In this document: positions 20,916 to 28,977 of the stretch, in pieces
Position numbering within the stretch: position 1 is the first letter of the stretch
How the letters are laid out: the number at the start of each line of letters is the position of its first letter
Source: an uncultured Armatimonadales bacterium
GTDB taxonomy: Bacteria > Armatimonadota > Armatimonadia > Armatimonadales > Capsulimonadaceae
Length of the DNA: 64,000 nucleotides
Reading direction: 5' to 3'
NCBI GenBank assembly: GCA_964252595.1
Contig: CAXUNT010000012.1
Location: 4,537-68,536 of the forward strand
Notes under the pieces: model-generated
Databases searched by the model: none
What the model saw: only the letters and a program-made list of their open reading frames with translations
What the model was told of the DNA's origin: nothing
Made by a program: the position numbers and the translations under genes

Positions 20916-21815
20916 TTAGAAGCAAAAGGTAGCAACAAACCCGGTCGTGGATGCGTTCAAGCTCTTTGTCGGAACGCATGTAGGCAAGAACCCGTAGCTG
21001 TTCGGACTTCCGACCGAGACCGCTCCGCCCGTGCCGCCGTTCTCCGGGCTGACGGCGAGGTACTTGCAGTGCCCGTCACCCATCATAAAATTGGCATGAC
21101 CGACAAGTGAGCCAGTCGGGGACTGGGCTTTGTCTGCGGCGTTCTGTGTGTAGAAGCCGTGCCGGTCTGCGATTACCGGCGACGTGTAAGGGAAATTCGT
21201 GCCAAGACCAGCAGTGCTGCCGTTTTCATTCGGGTCTGCAACACTCGTCGTTCCATTCTGGTTTGAATAGATCGTGTTGGGCTGCTGCCCGATCGGTTCC
21301 GAGGCGTAGGCGTTGCCAAGTGTCCCGGAAGCCTCATAAATGAGAACAGTGCTTGCCGGCGCGTCCAGCGTTGCCAGGGTGGCCGTGCCCATGCCGCTGA
21401 CAGGCTTACCACTGGCATCAAAGGTCCAGGTCCAGGGGGGATTGGTAGCAGAGATGTTGGTATTCTCCGCATAAGACAGCGGCTGCGGCTTCCACGGGGG
21501 GCGTGCCAGGCTGTCGTCTGGGCAGACGTAAACCCCAGTGCTCTTAACATACGGGTAGATGCGCCCAGCCCAGCCAGCCCCGGCGACGTTGAACGTTTGC
21601 GAGAACACGAATGTCTCATCATTATCCTGAATGTACTGCAAGTACCCCAGGGCGAGTTGCTTCTCGTTGGAGAGGCAGGCCGTGCGGCGGGCGTTCTCGC
21701 GCACTTTTTGGAAAACAGGAAACAAGATCGCGGCGAGTATTGCAATAATAGCAATGACTACGAGCAGTTCGATGAGTGTGAAGCCTCTGCGGCTACGAGT
21801 GAAGGAAGCTTTCAT
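20916..21815 (-). CDS. Prepilin-type N-terminal cleavage/methylation domain protein (pseudopilin-like, DUF1559-type)
   Basis: RRG|[43 protein letters not shown] and C-terminal ...[23 protein letters not shown] 6 nt upstream of the ATG. Confidence 0.88.
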   Translation of the reverse strand: MKASFTRSRRGFTLIELLVVIAIIAILAAILFPVFQKVRENARRTACLSNEKQLALGYLQYIQDNDETFVFSQTFNVAGAGWAGRIYPYVKSTGVYVCPDDSLARPPWKPQPLSYAENTNISATNPPWTWTFDASGKPVSGMGTATLATLDAPASTVLIYEASGTLGNAYASEPIGQQPNTIYSNQNGTTSVADPNENGSTAGLGTNFPYTSPVIADRHGFYTQNAADKAQSPTGSLVGHANFMMGDGHCKYLAVSPENGGTGGAVSVGSPNSYGFLPTCVPTKSLNASTTGFVATFCF

Positions 21816-21999
21816 CGGTCGTCTCCTTTGTACATCTTTGCTGTACAGTATTGCCAGAACTCTGGCGGGTTTAGGATCAGTCGTGCAGAAAGTGAAAGAG
21901 TGCGCTCTGTACGCGGCACATATGTCGGTAGATAGAGTGCGATTAAAAATTTGTGAACTCCTTTCTTGCCCAAAGGTCTACAAAGACCGTGCAGCAAAA

Positions 22000-23046
22000 C
22001 TATCTGGGATGAAGCGGCATACAGGTTGCCCCTGCCAGCATTTCCGTGGGAACCGCCCGCGCCGGCAGCGTTGCTTCCAGGTCGGTGATTTTTTGAAGCA
22101 GCAGGCCGACGGCTTCCATGCCCAGCCTCTCCATCACGTTGCTTACAGTCTGGAACGGCAGAAAATAACGGTCGTCAATCCGGTTGTGAAACAAGATGAC
22201 CGAAAGGTCCTGCGGAATTTGCAGGCCGAGAAGCAGAGCGGCATGCGTCACAGACATCGCTTCCGCCATTTCGTAGGCCAGAACCGCTGTCGGCCGGTCA
22301 TCCCGCGCGAGGAGCAGCCTCGCCGCTTCAATCCGCGCGTCCCTGCTTGCCTGCCCAGGCATCTGCCAGTTCTGCGGCAAAAGATAAACCCAGGGTGTCC
22401 TCCCTGCCGCCGCCATCACCTGCTCATAGCCGGTCTGGCGGTCAAACTTGCTGAAGTGACCATTTTCCGGCTCATCAGTGTCCACATAGGCAATCCGCTC
22501 ATGTCCGAGGGAGAGAAGAAACTCGGCGGCGATGCGCCCGCCCATCACTTCATCCGGGTGGATACAGTCAAACTCCTGCCGGACGTTCAGCGAGATCGCC
22601 GGAATACGCATCTGGTGTATTCGGTCAATAAAGGACTGAGACAACCCGGTATGCCGGTTGATCAAAACGCCGTCGGCAGACAGTTCACGCACCGTATGCG
22701 GCAGGTAGGTTTCGTCATCAATGACCATGTCTGGAACCTGCGTCAGCACCAAGTGCATATCCTTGTCCGAAATCGCCCGCGCGACCCCAAGCAGCAATTC
22801 TTCCGGCAGGTACTGGCCCAGCAGTGACTGGACAAGGGCAATGTTGCCGAAGCGGCCCGTCCGGATAGCCCGTGCGGAAGCGTTGGATCGGTAGCCCGTG
22901 TTTTGGGCAGCCTCCAGTACCCGCCGCTGGGTTTCGGGACGGATCCGCTGCTCGGTGGCTCGTCCATTCAAGACATGCGTGACGGTGGCTCGCGACAGAC
23001 CAAGCTGAGCCGCCAGTGTCGCGATTGTCGGATGCGGAGTATGCAA
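22000..23046 (-). CDS. LacI-family transcriptional regulator
   Basis: N-terminal HTH TIATLAAQLGLSRATVTHVLNG followed by a periplasmic-binding-protein-like sugar-binding fold. The start codon at 23046 is TTG and there is no in-frame ATG nearby. Confidence 0.88.
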   Translation of the reverse strand: MHTPHPTIATLAAQLGLSRATVTHVLNGRATEQRIRPETQRRVLEAAQNTGYRSNASARAIRTGRFGNIALVQSLLGQYLPEELLLGVARAISDKDMHLVLTQVPDMVIDDETYLPHTVRELSADGVLINRHTGLSQSFIDRIHQMRIPAISLNVRQEFDCIHPDEVMGGRIAAEFLLSLGHERIAYVDTDEPENGHFSKFDRQTGYEQVMAAAGRTPWVYLLPQNWQMPGQASRDARIEAARLLLARDDRPTAVLAYEMAEAMSVTHAALLLGLQIPQDLSVILFHNRIDDRYFLPFQTVSNVMERLGMEAVGLLLQKITDLEATLPARAVPTEMLAGATCMPLHPR

Positions 23047-23141
23047 GAGAGCAGCCTGTTTTATCCTGGCGTCACACGCTGATTAAGAATTTTTCTAGGA
23101 CTACAGCGTAATAGCAGCCTAGGAAACAGGGATAATGATAT

Positions 23142-23189
23142 GCTATCACCTGATAGCGTAATTATAGCAGGAGATAGCGATTGTGTCAA
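23142..23189 (-). promoter_or_regulatory. Consensus sigma70-type promoter of the LacI gene with an overlapping palindromic operator
   Basis: Minus strand reads TTGACA (23184-23189), a 17-nt spacer, then TATAAT (23161-23166). This is followed by the perfect palindrome GCTATCA-nn-TGATAGC (23142-23157) at about +1. An extra half-site GATAGC lies in the spacer. The whole element sits in an AT-rich island. Confidence 0.7.
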
Positions 23190-23308
23190 GAGATAACAAA
23201 TAAACATTTTGGCTTTGAAGTGCAGATTGCCCGTCGGCGCGTGGACAGCCGCAAAAAGCTCGGCTGCCACCGCTGCGCTAAGAAGTTGCTGGTTTTGACA
23301 GGCTGCTT

Positions 23309-23815
23309 TTACTGTGTGTCCATGACATCCCCGTCGGCAGACTGCCCGGAAACATAACACACGACTTGCTGCCGGTGGTAACCGTCATGGGCGCCGACAA
23401 GAACAGCTTGCGCCGTGAGTGTAATTGGACCAAGCTCGGTGTGGTTCCCAATCCGCTCCCATTCGGCTGGAGACAGCGACCGCAGGAACTCCACCATCTC
23501 GGCCCGGTTCGCTTTGTGCCGGGCAAGACTCTCGGCAGGGTCAAGGCCAGCGTAGTGATGGTCTATCGCGACTTGGCCTTCGTCAATGCCCTGAAGCGTC
23601 GGGCGGTCGGCGTCGCGGGTTTGCTTCATGCGCCCGAGAAACACTTTGTCCCAATCCGCTAAGTGAGCTATGACTTCGCGCAGCGTAAACCGGTCCGGGT
23701 CGGGCCGCTGGTCGTAAGCATGGGGGTCCGTCACGGTTTCCAGCATCTTTTCCAGAACATCCGGGGCAGATGTGAGATCAATCAGCAGGTAATGGTAAAC
23801 TTTTTCCGGCAGCAT
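23309..23815 (-). CDS. DinB-family protein
   Basis: Four-helix DinB-like pattern: EVIAHLADWD, HHYAGLD, GAHDGYHRQQV. Confidence 0.7.
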   Translation of the reverse strand: MLPEKVYHYLLIDLTSAPDVLEKMLETVTDPHAYDQRPDPDRFTLREVIAHLADWDKVFLGRMKQTRDADRPTLQGIDEGQVAIDHHYAGLDPAESLARHKANRAEMVEFLRSLSPAEWERIGNHTELGPITLTAQAVLVGAHDGYHRQQVVCYVSGQSADGDVMDTQ

Positions 23816-23943
23816 CGCTTGTCTCCTGTATCTTGGGTATGTCTGTTTTGGCCTGCAAGATATTTTACCCCATATCGCAGCCCGGCGGCTGAGGAGCAGC
23901 GCGGCGGGTTGGTCCGCCGCTTTGCCGGAAACGGGCAGAAGAA

Positions 23944-24825
23944 ATGAACCTGAACCATTTAGCGATCTTTCATGCCGCGGCGGAAGAAGGCAGCATGAGC
24001 CGGGCCGCCGGGCGGCTGTTTATCTCTCAGCCTGCGGTCTCCAAGCAGATCGGAGAATTGGAAGCGGCGCTCGGCGTTTCTCTGTTTGACCGGCTGCCGC
24101 GCGGCCTCCGCCTGTCTGCCGCAGGAGAAATGCTGGCCGTCCATGCGCGACGTCTTTTTGCCGTGGAAGCCGAGGCGGAGCAGGCCATCGCGGAAATGCG
24201 CGGGATGGCGCAGGGGAAGCTGACCATCGGCGCGAGCCTGACCATCGGCGACTATTTGATGCCGAAGCTGCTCGGCGCGTACCACAAGCGCTATCCGAAG
24301 ATCGTGCTGCACCTGGAGATCGCCAACACCCAGGTCATCGAGCAGAAGCTGCGGGAAAACCTGCTGGATTTTGGGCTGACGGAAGGGTTTGCGGAAGATG
24401 GGAGACTGGAAGCGGAAGTCTTTGCCGAGGATACGCTGACCGCGATTGTCCCCCACGGCCATCCGCTGCTGGAAGAAGGCAGTGTCACGGCCGCCCGCTT
24501 CTGCGCGGAGCCGTTTCTTCTGCGCGAGCCGGGGTCGGGAACCCGCGAAGTCGTGGAACGGACACTTCTTCGTCATGGGATCACGGTGCGGCCTGCGCTG
24601 TCGCTGGGCAGCACGGAGGCGATCAAACAAGGTGTGGCGGCGGGGCTGGGCGTAGCGATTGTGTCACGGCTGGCGCTGGACATGGAGATCAAAATGGGTC
24701 TGCTCTGCCCGCTGCCGCTGCGGGACTTCGCTGTCACGCGCCCGCTGCATCTGGTCCGTGGGCGCGGCAAGGCAGATAGCCCGGCGGCCTTGGCCTTCTT
24801 GAGTCTGTTGAAAAACTATTTCTAA
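23944..24825 (+). CDS. LysR-family transcriptional regulator
   Basis: MNLNHLAIFHAAAEEGSMSRAAGRLFISQPAVSKQIGELE HTH plus a LysR substrate-binding domain. Confidence 0.9.
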   Translation: MNLNHLAIFHAAAEEGSMSRAAGRLFISQPAVSKQIGELEAALGVSLFDRLPRGLRLSAAGEMLAVHARRLFAVEAEAEQAIAEMRGMAQGKLTIGASLTIGDYLMPKLLGAYHKRYPKIVLHLEIANTQVIEQKLRENLLDFGLTEGFAEDGRLEAEVFAEDTLTAIVPHGHPLLEEGSVTAARFCAEPFLLREPGSGTREVVERTLLRHGITVRPALSLGSTEAIKQGVAAGLGVAIVSRLALDMEIKMGLLCPLPLRDFAVTRPLHLVRGRGKADSPAALAFLSLLKNYF

Positions 24826-24833
24826 GGCATGTT

Positions 24834-26042
24834 TTACGGCGGGTCGGCCAAGCAGTTTCGGGCTTCGGCGGCTTTGAGCCGCTGGTACCGGACTTTGAGC
24901 GGCTGGTCGGCAGGAGCCTCAGAAGTTAGGAGCCGATGCGCCAGCACAACGCTGTTTGCCAGGTGCATCAGCCGCAGAACGTGGACGCTCGGCAAGTCTT
25001 CAGCGTCAACTTTTGTTTTGTTGAACAGCGCATAAGTATCTCGGAGGCGGTTTTCGCCGCTGAGGTGCAGATCTGCGGACAAGGCAAGGAGGGCAGCACG
25101 CTGCGCTGGAGCTGCCCAGGCCACGAGGTCCGACCAGGGTGTTTTGACAAACCCAAAGTTTGGGGCCGGGACAAAGCGGCGCAGAAACACGTCCGACGTG
25201 CAGACCGGCGTGTCAATAGAATTGTCGTGGATCAGCGCGTAGGCAAACGCTTCGTCCATGCCGATTTTGCCGTCCCCGTTGTAGTCTGCTCCCGTGACGG
25301 GCTTGCCTAATCGCGATTTGCCGCTGAGAGCTTCAAAAAAGTAGCCGGTAAAATCGTGGTAATCGGCCTCGTTGATCTCCGGCGTACAGCCGGCGGCGGG
25401 CCGGGCGGAAACAGACGCGAAGAAGCCGCACAAATCCCGGTTGATCAGAGGCGCTTTTGGATCACCGTTCTCAAACAAAAGATTGCCAAAGGAGCCGGAA
25501 AAACACTCCACCATGACCAGCGTGACCGGCGTGGACTCCGGCAGAGTTTTGATCTCGCCTGCCAGTTCCCGCACCGACAAGTACCCGCCGTTCCAAAGGT
25601 CGTAATCGTTGTTGTCCAGCGTCTCGTCGCCGGGACTGCCGTGGCCGGTCGCATAAATTAGCGCCGGGGCGGATGCCGGGCCCGAGGCCAGCGCCCGAAA
25701 CTCGGACTTAACGGCCAGCAGCGTGTCCGGTCCATCTAGACGCGGAAGCTGGGGAACCCGGTAATACTGCCTGCCGTTCGCATCTTCGCACAGAACGTCT
25801 TTGGACTGCGTTTTCCCATCGAAAAACAGAACTCGTGTCCCGGCATTCGGCGGCAGCAGGCGAGCCACATAGCGCACATTGCTTTCAATCGCGGTTTGGT
25901 TGTGCGCCAAGTCCGGGCCGCCGCCGAGCATCAGCACGCGCAGGGGAACTGGCGGCGGGGCAACATCGGCGGCGGCAAGCACCCCAGCAGTGAGTGATAC
26001 CGCGGCAAATACACCCCACCCCAGCTTTGTGACTCGGTTCAT
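24834..26042 (-). CDS. Secreted caspase-fold (peptidase C13/legumain-like) protein with an EF-hand/dockerin-like Ca-binding loop
   Basis: Signal peptide. Candidate His/Cys dyad contexts: LIYATGHGSPG and VTLVMVECFSGSFGNLLFE (compare legumain IEACESGS). DYNGDGKIGMDEAF loop. Confidence 0.55.
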   Translation of the reverse strand: MNRVTKLGWGVFAAVSLTAGVLAAADVAPPPVPLRVLMLGGGPDLAHNQTAIESNVRYVARLLPPNAGTRVLFFDGKTQSKDVLCEDANGRQYYRVPQLPRLDGPDTLLAVKSEFRALASGPASAPALIYATGHGSPGDETLDNNDYDLWNGGYLSVRELAGEIKTLPESTPVTLVMVECFSGSFGNLLFENGDPKAPLINRDLCGFFASVSARPAAGCTPEINEADYHDFTGYFFEALSGKSRLGKPVTGADYNGDGKIGMDEAFAYALIHDNSIDTPVCTSDVFLRRFVPAPNFGFVKTPWSDLVAWAAPAQRAALLALSADLHLSGENRLRDTYALFNKTKVDAEDLPSVHVLRLMHLANSVVLAHRLLTSEAPADQPLKVRYQRLKAAEARNCLADPP

Positions 26043-26067
26043 GGCACAAGTATATCACAGTTTGCGG

Positions 26068-27507
26068 TTATTGCACCGGAGCCGCCTCACGCGGGTCGGT
26101 GTAATACGCACTTTTGTTCAGCCAGCGATAATACAGCAGCGGCACGATGCCGATCAAGATGGTCCCTGCACCGAGGTAGGTGACGTGCCGGGGCAGCGAC
26201 TGGATATTGTAGTAGCCGACCGCAACTAAAAACAGCGCCGAGGCAAGCGGCCAGACAGCATGCATCAGCAGGTTGGAAGCACTCTGGAGATGCGTCCGGC
26301 GGTAAAACCAGAAACAGGCCGCGCCGGCCAGCGCATAGTAAAAGACAATTTGCAGGCCGATGGCGCTGATCAGGTCCGCCATCAGCTTGCCGATGTTCGT
26401 GCTGAAGCTTGCCAGCAGAAACAAGGCCAGCGCAATCAAAATCGTCACCAGGCTTGCCAGCCACGGCGTCTGGAAGCGCGGATGCAGCTCGGCGAACTTC
26501 GCGCCGATAACCCGGTCCCGGCCCATCGCATACAGCGAGCGGCTGGACTGGAGCATGGCGGTCTCCAAAGTCGCCAGCGACGATACCAGCACGGCGATCA
26601 CGGCAATGGCCCCAAATGGGCGGGGCAGGATCGCGTCCCCTAACGCGGTCAGGACCGTGGCCGGGTTCGCCGCGATCTGGTCCGACGTCAGGCCCATCTG
26701 GATGGTGCATTGCAGGAGCAGAAACAAAAACACGAGGCCGACCATGCCGTAGACGCCGCTGATGCCGGGGTCGGTGTGCGGGTTCTTGCTTTCTTCCGCC
26801 AGATTAGAAGACACGTCCCAGCCCCAGTAATAAAACACGGCGATCAGCATTCCCGCCATAAACGTGGACACGCTCGAAAATTGATGGATGGAAAACCAGT
26901 GCCAGGAAAACGGCACAACTGGGTGCCGGGTGAACTTCACCAGAGCGCCGCCGGCCAGCGCCAGCAGGCCGAGGATCTCAATGCTCGTCATCAGCTTCTG
27001 CACTTTGGCCGTAGACGTGATGCCGAAGAACAGCGGGAGCGCCACCGCGGCGAACCAGAACACGCCGGTCAAAGTCGCCGCAATCACATTGTTTTCCAGA
27101 CTCGGCGCGAGGAGGTGCAGGGTCGTTGCGCCGAGCGGCAGCGACCCGGAGACCATAGACAGGGCGTTGGAGACCAGCAGCGCCCAGCCTGCCATGAAGC
27201 CAAGCGAAGGGGAAAGCGACCGCCCGATCCAGGTGTAGGTCGCCCCCGCATCCGAGCGCCACTTATTCAGATAGAAAAAGGCAAACGTGATGCCGAACAT
27301 CGGGATTGCTGCGTACAGCAGCGCCGCCGGCCCGCCCAGCCCGACCGCAGCCACCAGGGTCGCCGTCGTCGCCGTCAGCGAATAGGCCGGGGCGGTCCCG
27401 GCCAGAGCCATGACCACCGAGTCGGTCAGCCCAATCGCGTTTGCTTTCAGTGTCGGCGCAGCCGGCTCACTGCCGCCGCTTCGCGCGGCGGGAATGCTGA
27501 TTCCCAA
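26068..27507 (-). CDS. APC-superfamily amino acid/polyamine permease
   Basis: About 12 predicted hydrophobic helices; N-terminal LKANAIGLTDSVVMALAGTAPAYS. I prefer the TTG at 27507 because GGAGGTG lies 5 nt upstream. The track start at 27546 is also a TTG but has no RBS. Confidence 0.85.
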   Translation of the reverse strand: MGISIPAARSGGSEPAAPTLKANAIGLTDSVVMALAGTAPAYSLTATTATLVAAVGLGGPAALLYAAIPMFGITFAFFYLNKWRSDAGATYTWIGRSLSPSLGFMAGWALLVSNALSMVSGSLPLGATTLHLLAPSLENNVIAATLTGVFWFAAVALPLFFGITSTAKVQKLMTSIEILGLLALAGGALVKFTRHPVVPFSWHWFSIHQFSSVSTFMAGMLIAVFYYWGWDVSSNLAEESKNPHTDPGISGVYGMVGLVFLFLLLQCTIQMGLTSDQIAANPATVLTALGDAILPRPFGAIAVIAVLVSSLATLETAMLQSSRSLYAMGRDRVIGAKFAELHPRFQTPWLASLVTILIALALFLLASFSTNIGKLMADLISAIGLQIVFYYALAGAACFWFYRRTHLQSASNLLMHAVWPLASALFLVAVGYYNIQSLPRHVTYLGAGTILIGIVPLLYYRWLNKSAYYTDPREAAPVQ

Positions 27508-27550
27508 TCTTTCACCTCCAAAACCTAAGTTAAGACGCCCAATCAAAAAC

Positions 27551-27596
27551 GCACAAAAAAACGCCTGCCTCGCGGGGGATGACCGGAGCCAGGCGT
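27551..27596 (-). terminator. Hairpin plus T-run between the amidohydrolase and the permease (terminator or attenuator)
   Basis: Minus strand reads ACGCCUG-(22 nt)-CAGGCGU followed by TTTTTTTGTGCGTTTTT. It ends about 45 nt upstream of the permease start. Confidence 0.55.
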
Positions 27597-27665
27597 GAGG
27601 CGGACGGTTTTTGAACGCGCCGAGAGTACCCGCAAGCAGGCCGAGTTGTCAAGGCAAAGGGCCGC

Positions 27666-28502
27666 CTACAGCCGGAACAACTGCCGCGCGTTCTGGGTAA
27701 ATACAGCGTCCTGCTGCTCGGTCGGAACAATGCGCTCGGCAAACTCGCGGTAGCGGCGCATCGGCGCAAGCGGCCAATCCGAGCCGTACAGAAAACGGTC
27801 GAGCCGCTCAGCGTAACGCATTGCCCGCCGCACATCTTGGGCCACCTCGTCCAGCGCCCCGCGCTGGGCCATTTCCTCAAATGCCGCGTCGCCCCCGACC
27901 AGCAGGCCCGACAGATCGGCCCAAACGTTCTCATTTTTGTAGACCACTTCCGCGGCATCGGCCAGCCACGGGTTGCCGAAGTGCGCCATGACAAATTGAA
28001 CGTCGGGGTTGTCCACCGCCGCTTCGTCTATCCGCAGGGGATGCGCGTATTTCACCTTCGCCCGCGCCGAGTAAGTATCGCCCGTGTGGAAGATAAACGG
28101 AAGCTCGTATTTTGCCGCCAGCCGGTAGTACGGCATATACTCCGGGCTGTCCGGCCCGAAATATACATAGCCGGAATAGCCCTTGAGCGCCTTCACCCGG
28201 CCTGCCGCCAGTTCCTGTTCCACCCGCGCCAAATGCTCCGGCGATGTACTCGCCGGGTCCGCGATCCCGATGGCATAAACCCCTGGCAGGCAGTCTGCAA
28301 CGGCCAGGGTCGAGCGCACTCCCAGCGGATCGTCGGCAGAGACGACCAGGCAGCCCATCGCCAGCGCCTGCGTGACTCCCGCCCCCGCCATTTCCTGCGC
28401 CAGCCAAGCGGCCGTTTCTTTCGGGGGCTTCGCCAGCCGCGTTTGATCCGCCTTCGCGCCGGGAAGCAGCGAGTTCACGACATGAACGTGCATATCAATC
28501 AT
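27666..28502 (-). CDS. Metal-dependent amidohydrolase (TIM-barrel, amidohydrolase-2 type)
   Basis: MIDMHVHVV N-terminal His-x-His, FIFHTGD, VMAHFGNPW, LYGSDWP. Confidence 0.8.
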   Translation of the reverse strand: MIDMHVHVVNSLLPGAKADQTRLAKPPKETAAWLAQEMAGAGVTQALAMGCLVVSADDPLGVRSTLAVADCLPGVYAIGIADPASTSPEHLARVEQELAAGRVKALKGYSGYVYFGPDSPEYMPYYRLAAKYELPFIFHTGDTYSARAKVKYAHPLRIDEAAVDNPDVQFVMAHFGNPWLADAAEVVYKNENVWADLSGLLVGGDAAFEEMAQRGALDEVAQDVRRAMRYAERLDRFLYGSDWPLAPMRRYREFAERIVPTEQQDAVFTQNARQLFRL

Positions 28503-28524
28503 GGTTTGTTCTTGGAATCTGAGA

Positions 28525-28601
28525 TAGCCCATCGGGGATTTGAACCGCCGGTTTCCGCGCCGAGAAGCGCAGCGTCCTGGGCCGGGCTAGACGAATGGGC
28601 C
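28525..28601 (-). tRNA. Glu-type tRNA-like gene with a non-canonical anticodon arm and T stem; no encoded CCA
   Basis: Minus strand reads GGCCCAU UC GUC UAGCCCGGCCCAG GAC G CUGCG CUUCUCGG CGCGG AAAC CGG(C)GG UUCAAAU CCCCG AUGGGCU A. It has a 7-bp acceptor stem (G1-U72), a Glu-like D arm (GUCUAG...CCCAGGAC) and a GGUUCAAAUCC T loop. The anticodon loop is 8 nt (or 6 nt if C-G closes it), and one C is bulged in the T stem. Confidence 0.55.
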
Positions 28602-28667
28602 ATTGCAAGAGAGTATACCCGACGTGTGGCGTTGCTTTGTGGGAACCATGTCCTGAAGGACACGGTC

Positions 28668-28964
28668 TTAACGCATGGTTCTTGTCATCTTCCACGCTGA
28701 AGCCGTTGTGGCCCGTTCCGCCTGCCAGCCGAGAGGCAAATCAGCGAGTGCAGCAATGCTTTGATCTCGCCGAACAATGAGGCGTAAACTTACAACCATT
28801 GCGTCTTCCACTTGCGGCAAGTTGCCATCATGGAACTGCCAGTCGCCCTCCTTGTCATGCGGGACAAACAAAATAGGTCTGCCGTCGTCTACAATGCTAC
28901 GGGTAGTGAGGACAGCCAGGTTCTTCGGCTCCTGAAAGGGCCATGGTGCGGTGTTGTCAATCAT
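28668..28964 (-). CDS. Small cytoplasmic protein of unknown function (possibly a DUF2185-like fold)
   Basis: The ATG at 28964 has GAGGTG 5 nt upstream. Conserved-looking core PILFVPHDKEGDWQFHDG...LADLPLGWQAER. The family name is recalled from memory, not verified. Confidence 0.5.
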   Translation of the reverse strand: MIDNTAPWPFQEPKNLAVLTTRSIVDDGRPILFVPHDKEGDWQFHDGNLPQVEDAMVVSLRLIVRRDQSIAALADLPLGWQAERATTASAWKMTRTMR

Positions 28965-28977
28965 AACGTCACCTCTA

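Noticed and set aside
28525-28601. The tRNA-like gene as the attachment site of an integrated element or genomic island.
   Set aside because: No integrase, recombinase, direct repeat of the tRNA 3' end or phage-like gene is visible on either side. The flanking genes are ordinary metabolic or membrane genes.
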